A stretch of DNA of 32,000 bases from Candidatus Iainarchaeum sp. (GCA_030688545.1 JAUYHT010000002.1:1-32000); one strand, 5' to 3'. Counted from the first letter of the stretch, positions 8,277 through 15,641 are shown. The notes: generated by a model not told the origin, from the sequence alone. Program-made: numbers and translations.

Positions 8277-8774
8277 TTACTCCCCCCACACCTGGAGGAT
8301 GGCCACCACGTTCTCGCCCGCATACACGGTGGGAATGACAATCACATTCACCTGGTTCACATCCACGGGGGCGGTGCCGGCCTGGGAGAGGGTTTGACGG
8401 TTGGTATCCTGCAAAGTAATGTAGAAGTTAACATCGGGGATACGCAGGGCCGTTTTGAGGCTGGGGTAATCATCCCCATTCCAATCCCGCAAGGCCGCCC
8501 ATTTGGAGGAGGAAATTTGCATGCCATTCTCGATCAACCCCACACTCGTAATACCATTCCGGTCAGACAGATGATCCCAATACACCGGGTTCCCGGGGCT
8601 TCCGAATAAGGCCTGCGCGACTCCCTCTGCCCGACGCGCGGATTGAAACCTAAGGATTTGATCCACGGCCTGCTGTTCCAATTGGGATGAGAGCAAGGCG
8701 ATCATGGTCAAGGCGAATAGAAAGATGGTGATGGCGAGGAGGGCGTCCGAACTATACAATTGTCCTTTTCTCAT
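8277..8774 (-). CDS. Pilin-like protein with class III signal peptide
   Basis: The N-terminus is MRKG/QLYSSDALLAITIFLFALTMIALL. An ATGA overlap links it to the upstream gene. Confidence 0.8.
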   Translation of the reverse strand: MRKGQLYSSDALLAITIFLFALTMIALLSSQLEQQAVDQILRFQSARRAEGVAQALFGSPGNPVYWDHLSDRNGITSVGLIENGMQISSSKWAALRDWNGDDYPSLKTALRIPDVNFYITLQDTNRQTLSQAGTAPVDVNQVNVIVIPTVYAGENVVAILQVWGE

Positions 8775-9139
8775 GAGGATCCCCTCATCCAGAAATACCC
8801 ATATTCATCCTTTCCCGCCTCGAAAAAGTTTCCATCGGCGATTCCTGTTCCAAGCCATGTAGTATCCATCACGGGAGCAGAAGCATACGCCCGGGTACTC
8901 CGTACCTCCACCACTCCATTCTGCACGATAATGGTTTGAGGTTCAAGCGAGGGAGGAAGAAACACTCGCACCTCACTCCCGGGCGGACCTAACCCTATTC
9001 CATTCACGGTAAGCGCCACCTCCTGAGCGGCCCTCTGGGCCTCATGCTGTATTTGGAGGGCATCGATGGAGATGATTTGCTGGCCGAATAATGAAATAGC
9101 AATCCCGAGGATGATGAGGAGTAAAGGAAGAACGAGCAT
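8771..9139 (-). CDS. Pilin-like protein; the canonical ATG is at 9139, but the class III motif is encoded upstream of it (to 9178)
   Basis: The frame continues upstream to the TGA of the preceding gene: TGA-ATC-CCT-CCT-CTT-CGG-AAG-GCG-CAA-GCC-ACT-ATT-GAG-ATC-ATG, which reads IPPLRKA/QATIEIMLVLPLLLIILGIAISLF. No ATG, GTG or TTG is available between 9140 and 9178. Confidence 0.65.
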   Translation of the reverse strand: MLVLPLLLIILGIAISLFGQQIISIDALQIQHEAQRAAQEVALTVNGIGLGPPGSEVRVFLPPSLEPQTIIVQNGVVEVRSTRAYASAPVMDTTWLGTGIADGNFFEAGKDEYGYFWMRGSS

Positions 9140-9178
9140 GATCTCAATAGTGGCTTGCGCCTTCCGAAGAGGAGGGAT

Positions 9179-11698
9179 TCAGACCCCTCCCAATGAAATA
9201 TGCTGGTCGAAAATCGCATTCATATCCGAAAACCCTTGGAATAAATCCAGATGAAGTCGCGTGGGGGAAGGGATATGGACTGCGTTTCCATCATAGCGGT
9301 AATTCGAATTGATGATGGTGGTAGAGAGGAGATTGATGCCTAACGAAAATGGATAACTAGGATCTCCCACATAATTGGGCGCCGAACCTGGCACGCCCGG
9401 GGTGTTTGCCACCGGATACCACACTCTCACGTCCCGCAGGCGCGTGCTGTTAAAGCCGAGGGTGACAATGTACGTATTATTGGCATTCGTGTCATCGGCA
9501 ATACGGAGATGCACATTCTTGTCTCCGCTTGATGAAACGAATTTGGTGAGGAGAAATTGGTTCACATCTGGCATGGATAAGGGAGGGGTGCCCGCATAGG
9601 TTCGAGCGAAAGGGATGATGTCAAAATCTCCCAGGGAATACCTGAAAGTATTTCGCGGCCGCGCCACGGGGGAGTTGGAAAAGCCACTATTGTTATCCGC
9701 CTCATCCAAGAAGACGAGAGAGAAATAATAGTCCAATCCCGCATTGAGATCTGTTACCAGTATTGTCCCCGCGGATCCCCCCTGGAGAAAAGGGCCATTG
9801 AATGAAAAACTGTTGGCGGCATCGAATTGAGCTGGGGTGGCGATGGAGGTGGGGGAATATTTCACGACAGCACTGGAAACAGTCCCCGAGTAATTATCAT
9901 CCCCCGGATACGTGAATCGGAGGAGTACCGATTCGGCGTCCGAACCGGATTCGGCGGTGAAATTGAGCACGCTTCCCGGAGGCGTAATATCTTGCGCGCA
10001 CCCGGATCCCAATATTGTTCCCGTGTATTGGGTGCCATCCCCAAATGAAACAACAGGTTGAAACTGCTCATTCTCATCCGAGATGACCGAACTGAAGAGT
10101 ATCTCATTGTCTGAAAGAACACCGGATGCGGAGAGAGTGACATCGCTCACGTCCAATTCATCCCCATCTCCTCCACTTCCCGAAAAGACAGTGTTGCCGT
10201 CGATGACCAGGGTATTCACCACCCCCCTCTCAGTATCGCAGTTCCACCACCGCTGAAGGATAATCGAGGAGATGACTAGGGGTTGGCTGCCCGTGTTACG
10301 AAGGGTAAACCCATCCACGATAGATTCTTCCGCGGTGGCCCCGCTCCAATCCCACTGAAAATAGGCGCTTCCCCCATTAACTTGGACTTCCACCCCCAGG
10401 ATGAGGTGGTTGGCTCCCGTGAAATCAGTGATCGAAACGCTCCCCGTATACAACCCCAAATCAGTTCCACCGGGTACCGTCACCTCCACGTTTACATTTT
10501 GGCACGATTGGGCCGAAAGAGATGATATGATGGAAATGGGCGTAATCCAGTCACCCGCGTTCCCGGAGGAGGGGGTGAAGGATAAGTTGGTGAGGGGAGT
10601 TTGGCCCACGTTGCAAAGCTGGAGGGTCAGGGAATTGGTATCTGCTCCCAGGGTAGAAAAACGCAAAACGGAAGGAACAGACGTGAGCAACCCCTGCGTA
10701 TTGGGAAACACCTCCACATTCACTGGAATAGTTATTGATTCCGGGGTGCCGCTGATGTCCGCATTCATGGTAAGATACCCCACGTAATTCCCAATGGCAG
10801 TGGATTCCGAATAAAAATTCAGGTCCACGTTTTGGGATTCCCCCGGAGAGAGGGTAAAGACCGAAGGTCCAATGGATGCATCCACTAATGTATGGTCCCA
10901 CGTCCACACCAATACTGTATCCGCATCCTGCGTCCCCGTGTTTGAAAAAACCACCCGCGCACTGGCATTGGCATCCCGGGGCATCGCCACATACACGCTA
11001 TCCACATCACTCGTCACTGTTGAGAGGCTGATGAGAACGGAATCCGCATCAGACACTAACCGAAAACGGACTAACCCGGGTTGGCTTGGAATCGTCCCGC
11101 GCAGGGAAGGAATGGCTGTCCCTGCGATTTGGAAATCATACACCTGGAGGATGATGGATCGTCCTTCCAAACGTGAACGGGACGAATCAACCCCCCGCGG
11201 CCAGGGGATGATAATATCACGTGTATTCCCGGGCCCCAAAGAATATACCTCATCGATTTCCCGGATTAACCGTTGCACCCCCTCCTGACCTAACCGAATG
11301 GCATGCTGTTTTTCCACTCGGGAAACCTGGTTCACCGTAAAATCCACGAGCGCCGCCAGCAACACCAATGAGATGGCGAGCACGATCAATAATTCCACGC
11401 TGCTCTGCCCGGCCGTTTTCGTCCGGCCGCCCCGAGGGACGAGGGAGGTCTTTGACCTCCCAGCAGCCAAAACGATTGGTTTCCTTCCGATGCACGCTCT
11501 CGATCGTGCGCTCCGATGGATGAGGGGGATTTTCAATCCCCCGGCGGCCGAATCAATGGGTTTCATTCCAAAGCACGCTTTCGATCGGTCAAATCGACTT
11601 CGATATTTTTTACGAAAAGGATGATTACTTTTGATTGAGCGCTTCAAGGGTCGAAGAGGATTTTCTACCCCCTGACGGCCATGACTTCTATTTGTCAT
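9179..11698 (-). CDS. Giant pilin-headed surface protein (class III signal, Ig/CARDB-like repeats, FN3-like domain), paralog B
   Basis: The cleavage-type motif TAG/QSSVELLIVLAISLVLLAALV is encoded at about 11410. The ORF is open to ATG 11698 (ATGA overlap with paralog A). Alternative starts are ATG 11566 and TTG 11470. TTG 11470 gives the leader MAAGRSKTSLVPRGGRTKTAG, which parallels paralog A. There are four conserved Cys. Confidence 0.8.
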   Translation of the reverse strand: MTNRSHGRQGVENPLRPLKRSIKSNHPFRKKYRSRFDRSKACFGMKPIDSAAGGLKIPLIHRSARSRACIGRKPIVLAAGRSKTSLVPRGGRTKTAGQSSVELLIVLAISLVLLAALVDFTVNQVSRVEKQHAIRLGQEGVQRLIREIDEVYSLGPGNTRDIIIPWPRGVDSSRSRLEGRSIILQVYDFQIAGTAIPSLRGTIPSQPGLVRFRLVSDADSVLISLSTVTSDVDSVYVAMPRDANASARVVFSNTGTQDADTVLVWTWDHTLVDASIGPSVFTLSPGESQNVDLNFYSESTAIGNYVGYLTMNADISGTPESITIPVNVEVFPNTQGLLTSVPSVLRFSTLGADTNSLTLQLCNVGQTPLTNLSFTPSSGNAGDWITPISIISSLSAQSCQNVNVEVTVPGGTDLGLYTGSVSITDFTGANHLILGVEVQVNGGSAYFQWDWSGATAEESIVDGFTLRNTGSQPLVISSIILQRWWNCDTERGVVNTLVIDGNTVFSGSGGDGDELDVSDVTLSASGVLSDNEILFSSVISDENEQFQPVVSFGDGTQYTGTILGSGCAQDITPPGSVLNFTAESGSDAESVLLRFTYPGDDNYSGTVSSAVVKYSPTSIATPAQFDAANSFSFNGPFLQGGSAGTILVTDLNAGLDYYFSLVFLDEADNNSGFSNSPVARPRNTFRYSLGDFDIIPFARTYAGTPPLSMPDVNQFLLTKFVSSSGDKNVHLRIADDTNANNTYIVTLGFNSTRLRDVRVWYPVANTPGVPGSAPNYVGDPSYPFSLGINLLSTTIINSNYRYDGNAVHIPSPTRLHLDLFQGFSDMNAIFDQHISLGGV
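11410..11590. repeat. Three tandem 81-nt copies of the two-hairpin module, upstream of or overlapping the 5' end of paralog B
   Basis: Hairpins are cggccg-ttttcgtc-cggccg (11410..11429) with ggaggtc-ttt-gacctcc (11444..11460), then gcacg-ctctcgat-cgtgc (11492..11509) with gggggat-tttca-atccccc (11524..11542). A partial copy, gcacgctttcgatcggtc, lies at 11573..11590. Confidence 0.8.
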
Positions 11699-14046
11699 AC
11701 GTCACTTCCCCCAGTATCATAAGGGTCGGTCCCCTCGGTCATATTATGGCTCATGTTGAAGTCAATTATCCCCAAAACTACATCCAAATACAGGTCATTA
11801 GGCACCCCCATTCCCACACGGATGCCATTATATCTCCGATTAGAAGGAAATTCGATGGAGTCGATGAGATCTACCCCGCCCGATATCGGGAGGGACTTGG
11901 CAGTGTCATAATTAGCGCTAGTGGACAGATAATTGGCCGGTGCCGGGTACCAAAAACGGACGCGGTTGATGTCAGTCGCATTCATGTCCACGGCAGCGGC
12001 CCATACATTTCCGGTGTTCACATCTTCCACTATGCGGAAGGCGATCCGGGCAAAAGTTACGGCGTCCCCTAATTGGATTTGATGAAGGCGCATTTTATTG
12101 ACATCACTAATCCCAACAGGAGTGGAACTCCCAGGATAGGAACTAGCGAAATAGCTGAAATTGAAATCCCCTCCCGTGAAACGGTATTCGTTCCATGGGC
12201 GTTGCTTGGGGGAATTGGATAACCCACTCATGTTTCCATTCTCGTCCTCAAAGCGGATGGACCAATAACGTGAAAGTCCGGCCATCTGATCGGCGACCAC
12301 GAAAGAGCCAGCGGTTCCTCCTGCTGGGAGGGGAAGGGGGCCGGGCCATGTCAGAGTAGTGGCTCCGTTCCAATCCACCTCCGAATCAATTACTGCCTCA
12401 CTCTTCTTGAGGGTAGCATACACGGCATTCCCAGTGTAGTTGTCGTCCCCCGGATAAGTGAAAGTAATGGCCACGGTGCCCGGCTCCGCACCGGGAACCA
12501 CTATCAAATCCGTCACCGTGGCGGGAGGCGTTACATCACCTGTGCATCCCGGACCAAAGGACGCGCTCGTGTATTCCGACCCATCTGAAAAGGTGACTAC
12601 CGCGCGGAAAGTCTCATTATCATCCTGGATGTTATCGTTGAAAACCAAGGTGTTATCCGAATAGGAGGTCAGCACGGGCAGGGTAACATCTGAAGTATCA
12701 GCTGTGTTTCCGTCCTGGAGGCTTCCTGAGAAGATAACCCCCCCATCCACTTCCATCTGTTCCCAATAGGAATGGGAAAGATCGCATTGCCACCAATCCT
12801 GCAATTTGACATGGGTGAAGGTGATGGGTTTCCCGCCTCGATTAGTCAATGTATAACCCGTAATGGCATTCACCGTTTTTCCCCCCGTGGTCCAATCCCA
12901 ATCGAAGAAGGCGCTCATTCCCAATACGGAGAGAGCGACCGGAATAGTCAAGGTATGGCTGCCCGTGAAATCGGAGAGGAAAAGCGACCCATAGTAGGTG
13001 CCCAACCCCGCGTCAGGGACGTGGGCCACAAGGTCAAAATTGGTGCAGGATTGGGCACTCAAAACAGGGAGGGTGGGTAGGCCCTCCAACCAATCTCCTG
13101 GGTCCCCAGAGGAAGGGGTGAAGGTGAGGGATTGGATGTCCGAATCCCCCACATTGCATAATTGGATGGCGACGCTATTGGTATCCGCGCCGAAGGTGCT
13201 CATCTCCACCGAAGCAGGAAAAGCCACGAGAGGGGAGCCCTGGCCCACGAGAACGCTGGTGCTCAGAGGGAGGCGCAGCGTCTCGGTGTTTCCTGGAAAA
13301 GTCGCGGTAATTGAAAGCATCCCCGTATAGGTCCCCACGGCCGTGGCCCCACTTGAAAAATTGACGTCGAAGGGAAACGTGGCATTCCCTAGGATGGTTC
13401 CTCCTGAAGGAAAAACGATCCCATTCATGTCCACGTGATTAAAATCCATGGCCATAACCAGGGAAGCATCCTCGTCCGACGAATTAGTTAGGGTTACACG
13501 TACGCTCGCATCCTCATTCCGGAGCAACGTCACATGGACCCGAGAAGGGTCCCCCGTTAATCGGGCGTCCCCCAAAAGGACATATCCCTCAAACGCTTTC
13601 ACTCGGAAGAACTGATTGCCCGAATGGGAAGGGAGGGAACCCGCGAGAAAAGGAATGGTTTCCCGTGCGATCTGGGAATCATACACTTGCACCACTATCG
13701 CATGATTTCCAACATACGTGTCAGAAGCATTAACCCCCTCCGGCCACACTAATTGGATTTGGCGCGTGGCCCCCGGGCCTTGGGCATACACCTCTTCTAC
13801 CGCTCGGGCGATGTTTTCCAATGCTAACTCTCCTGTCTTTATATCGCGCTGTTTCTGGAGCGCGCTGATCTGGTCGGCCGTGAACGCCACGAGCACCGCG
13901 AGGATGACCAACCCCGCCGCGAAAAGGACAAGGACTTCTACGCTGCTCTGCCCGCACGCTCTCGATCGTGCGCTCCGATGGACGAGGGGATTCTTCGAAT
14001 CCCCGGCGGCCGCCATTGCTGATTTCAATCGTGCGTCCGCGTCCAT
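11695..14046 (-). CDS. Giant pilin-headed surface protein, paralog A
   Basis: The signal is ...NPLVHRSARSRACG/QSSVEVLVLFAAGLVILAVLVAF. ATG 14046 is 29 nt downstream of the TATA box at 14068..14077. Other possible ATGs are 14061 and 14016. It aligns with paralog B along its whole length, for example FGADTNS..QLCNVG, FTPSSG..GDW, SAQSC, TPP...FTYPGDDNY.G. Confidence 0.85.
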   Translation of the reverse strand: MDADARLKSAMAAAGDSKNPLVHRSARSRACGQSSVEVLVLFAAGLVILAVLVAFTADQISALQKQRDIKTGELALENIARAVEEVYAQGPGATRQIQLVWPEGVNASDTYVGNHAIVVQVYDSQIARETIPFLAGSLPSHSGNQFFRVKAFEGYVLLGDARLTGDPSRVHVTLLRNEDASVRVTLTNSSDEDASLVMAMDFNHVDMNGIVFPSGGTILGNATFPFDVNFSSGATAVGTYTGMLSITATFPGNTETLRLPLSTSVLVGQGSPLVAFPASVEMSTFGADTNSVAIQLCNVGDSDIQSLTFTPSSGDPGDWLEGLPTLPVLSAQSCTNFDLVAHVPDAGLGTYYGSLFLSDFTGSHTLTIPVALSVLGMSAFFDWDWTTGGKTVNAITGYTLTNRGGKPITFTHVKLQDWWQCDLSHSYWEQMEVDGGVIFSGSLQDGNTADTSDVTLPVLTSYSDNTLVFNDNIQDDNETFRAVVTFSDGSEYTSASFGPGCTGDVTPPATVTDLIVVPGAEPGTVAITFTYPGDDNYTGNAVYATLKKSEAVIDSEVDWNGATTLTWPGPLPLPAGGTAGSFVVADQMAGLSRYWSIRFEDENGNMSGLSNSPKQRPWNEYRFTGGDFNFSYFASSYPGSSTPVGISDVNKMRLHQIQLGDAVTFARIAFRIVEDVNTGNVWAAAVDMNATDINRVRFWYPAPANYLSTSANYDTAKSLPISGGVDLIDSIEFPSNRRYNGIRVGMGVPNDLYLDVVLGIIDFNMSHNMTEGTDPYDTGGSDV
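13954..14004. repeat. Single copy of the two-hairpin module, lying inside the leader-peptide codons of paralog A
   Basis: gcacg-ctctcgat-cgtgc (13954..13971), linker gctccgatggacga, then ggggattc-ttc-gaatcccc (13986..14004). The hairpin-1 region and linker (about 35 nt) are nearly identical to the 11492..11542 copy, while the hairpin-2 stem differs. Confidence 0.8.
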
Positions 14047-14067
14047 GGGCTGACAACCCATCCCGGG

Positions 14068-14077
14068 CTTAAATAGG
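14068..14077 (-). promoter_or_regulatory. TATA box (minus strand CCTATTTAAG) of the pilin operon
   Basis: The first T is 29 nt upstream of ATG 14046. Confidence 0.55.
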
Positions 14078-14100
14078 TTTATTCCGAACTTTTTAGAAAA

Positions 14101-14156
14101 GAACCCTTTTGAAAAGGGTTCATCGAAATTTTGATCAAACTTTTTCCAAAAGTTTG
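14101..14156. repeat. Two near-perfect palindromes with T/A-rich centres, between the small membrane gene and the pilin promoter
   Basis: gaacccttt-tg-aaagggttc lies at 14101..14121 and caaactttt-tcc-aaaagtttg at 14136..14156. They are of the same type as ccaaccttttt-ct-aaaaggttgg in the tRNA-Ser array. Confidence 0.7.
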
Positions 14157-14290
14157 AAGTTCGATCAAAAAGGTAATACCTCGCCCTTCAGGACGACATG
14201 CGTCCCTCCATAGTGGCGAGCACAAGTAGCGAGAGTGGATGACGTTTCCTAACCGTTGGATACCCCGGCTTTTAGGCCCCCAAGAGGGTG

Positions 14291-14518
14291 TCATTCCTCG
14301 ATGGGCATGGCGCGGATAAGGTGCTTGGAGCGTGCATACGCCCACAATATTCCCACGAGCGAAGCCGTGGCGATGAGATAATACACCAGCGCATCCAACA
14401 GCTGGCGATTCAACTGGGAGAGAATTCCCTCAATCAGGGTGAAGGCGAACACCACCAATAGTACGAGCGAGCTCGTGAGGAGGAGGGTAACCTTCACCGT
14501 ATCCATGATCTCGGACAT
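14291..14518 (-). CDS. Small two-TM membrane protein, unknown function
   Basis: 75 aa, MSEIMDTVKVTLLLTSSLVLLVVFAFTLIEG...YYLIATASLVGILWAYA. A TATA box at 14541..14550 lies 29 nt upstream of the ATG. Confidence 0.6.
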   Translation of the reverse strand: MSEIMDTVKVTLLLTSSLVLLVVFAFTLIEGILSQLNRQLLDALVYYLIATASLVGILWAYARSKHLIRAMPIEE

Positions 14519-14540
14519 GCCATGAAAGAAAAAATCCGAG

Positions 14541-14550
14541 TATAAAAGGG
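14541..14550 (-). promoter_or_regulatory. TATA box (minus strand CCCTTTTATA)
   Basis: 29-nt spacing to ATG 14518. Confidence 0.5.
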
Positions 14551-14641
14551 TTCCTCGGTTTGGCTCTGTCGTAATGTTGTCTGGTAAGGGTTAGGTGTCG
14601 TATTCGTTAGTATTAAAGAGCAGAGTCTCTTTTTTTGAATT

Positions 14642-14965
14642 ATGGGTTTTTTTCAAAAACTTGGGAAAACTATTAATGTAATACTAAAACGCGAATTTTC
14701 TTCTGCCTACATTAGAAAAAGCAGAGAGGATTGGAGTGGAATATATCATGGGGAAGTGAGTCAGGGAAAAAATAAAGGGTGGAGTGGACTAATATATTTC
14801 GCTATGCAAAAAGGCAGCTTTGCGGTCGGACCACTGCCAGCTTTTTATCGTGGAAGAAAAATAAAACATTGGGTTAGAGTTGATGATGATGAAACGAACC
14901 CACATCGTCCAATTTTTTATAAACAAAAAAGAAGAAATCGAAGGCTCCGACACACAAAACATTAG
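14642..14965 (+). CDS. Hypothetical protein in the AT-rich islet
   Basis: 107 aa, basic C-terminus. A TATTAAAG box lies about 29 nt upstream. I recognise no family. Confidence 0.4.
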   Translation: MGFFQKLGKTINVILKREFSSAYIRKSREDWSGIYHGEVSQGKNKGWSGLIYFAMQKGSFAVGPLPAFYRGRKIKHWVRVDDDETNPHRPIFYKQKRRNRRLRHTKH

Positions 14966-15014
14966 ATACTTTTTTCTATGAGATTTTTCCATTTGTTTCT
15001 TTTCAATCCTAAAT

Positions 15015-15497
15015 TTATTTTGGTCTTGATCTTTTTCTCCTGGCAAGACCAGCTCTGTTAGGTTTTTCATAACGAGTGTCAAACCCAGATGGAAGGTAAA
15101 CACGTTCAGGTTGTAGCTTCGGTAAATGAGCACTATCGAGTTGCATCACCCCTCTCCCTATTATTTTTTTGAAAGGAAAAAGAATACGTTTCCCGCTTTT
15201 AGTTATGAACTTTCCTGGGGGCTGAAATCCAAATTTTCTAAGTGAAGTCATTGTTTTGGCAATGGCATCATTGTGTTGTTCGGTGGTGGTAACGTTTAGT
15301 GGAATTTTATTTAACTCCTTCAATCGTTCTCTTTCTATAGCATAAATTTGTTCATATGGAAAATTGAAACGTTTATAGAAAAAAGGGGCAATGGTAAGCA
15401 TTCGTGTAACAGGGCCATTTCTATCTATGAGCTTCTGCCATCTTAAAAGTTCAATAAAATCCCAAATAGATGAAATGGATCTCTTCTTTTCAGGCAT
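15015..15497 (-). CDS. Hypothetical protein in the AT-rich islet
   Basis: 160 aa. A TTATTAAA box has its first T at 15526, 29 nt upstream of ATG 15497. I recognise no family. Confidence 0.5.
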   Translation of the reverse strand: MPEKKRSISSIWDFIELLRWQKLIDRNGPVTRMLTIAPFFYKRFNFPYEQIYAIERERLKELNKIPLNVTTTEQHNDAIAKTMTSLRKFGFQPPGKFITKSGKRILFPFKKIIGRGVMQLDSAHLPKLQPERVYLPSGFDTRYEKPNRAGLARRKRSRPK

Positions 15498-15557
15498 ATT
15501 AACAGCTAACTTACCAAGTTTAATAACATTTCGAAATATCTGAACTGATTATACTAG

Positions 15558-15641
15558 CGCAGGGAACGAGATTCGAACTCGTGCCTCCGTGAGGAGACCG
15601 GCTTTCCAGACCGGCGCGTTAGACCACTCCGCCATCCCTGC
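15558..15641 (-). tRNA. tRNA-Ser(GGA): tRNA-Ser, anticodon GGA, type II
   Basis: The reverse complement folds as gcaggga acceptor, ccggt-CTGGAAA-gccgg anticodon arm, variable arm ctcc-tcac-ggag, and T arm acgag-ttcgaat-ctcgt. Total 84 nt. Confidence 0.9.

Noticed and set aside
1320-9181. Genome-wide TGA reassignment (suggested by the TGA in the transposase and the in-frame TGA before the small pilin)
   Set aside because: TGA clearly terminates genes in this window within ATGA start/stop overlaps (3508, 7835, 8771, 11695, 20408). Readthrough at those sites would produce implausible fusions, so a global recoding is not supported.
2844-13330. Many 60-190 aa ORFs opposite or out of frame within the GC-rich pilus genes (for example 2844..3209, 4501..4953, 4868..5431, 5837..6286, 10401..10787, 10872..11288, 12998..13330)
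   Set aside because: These are typical shadow ORFs of GC-rich coding sequence. Each is fully contained in a longer ORF with clear domain motifs or class III signals.
2471-14077. Archaellum (archaeal flagellum) operon
   Set aside because: There are no archaellin-type subunits and no FlaC/D/E/F/G/H-like genes. The platform is split into two genes and the subunits are heterogeneous pilin-like proteins, so the locus fits an adhesion pilus better.
14247-14269. Possible additional tRNA gene (good acceptor 5' strand plus D arm on the minus strand)
   Set aside because: No T arm, no complementary acceptor 3' strand and no convincing anticodon arm follow, even allowing for an intron. I treat it as at most a tRNA fragment.
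14079-14345. Track ORF of 88 aa on the minus strand
   Set aside because: It overlaps the 3' end of the small membrane gene and spans palindromes and hairpins. It has an odd composition, and no TATA box sits at 29 nt.
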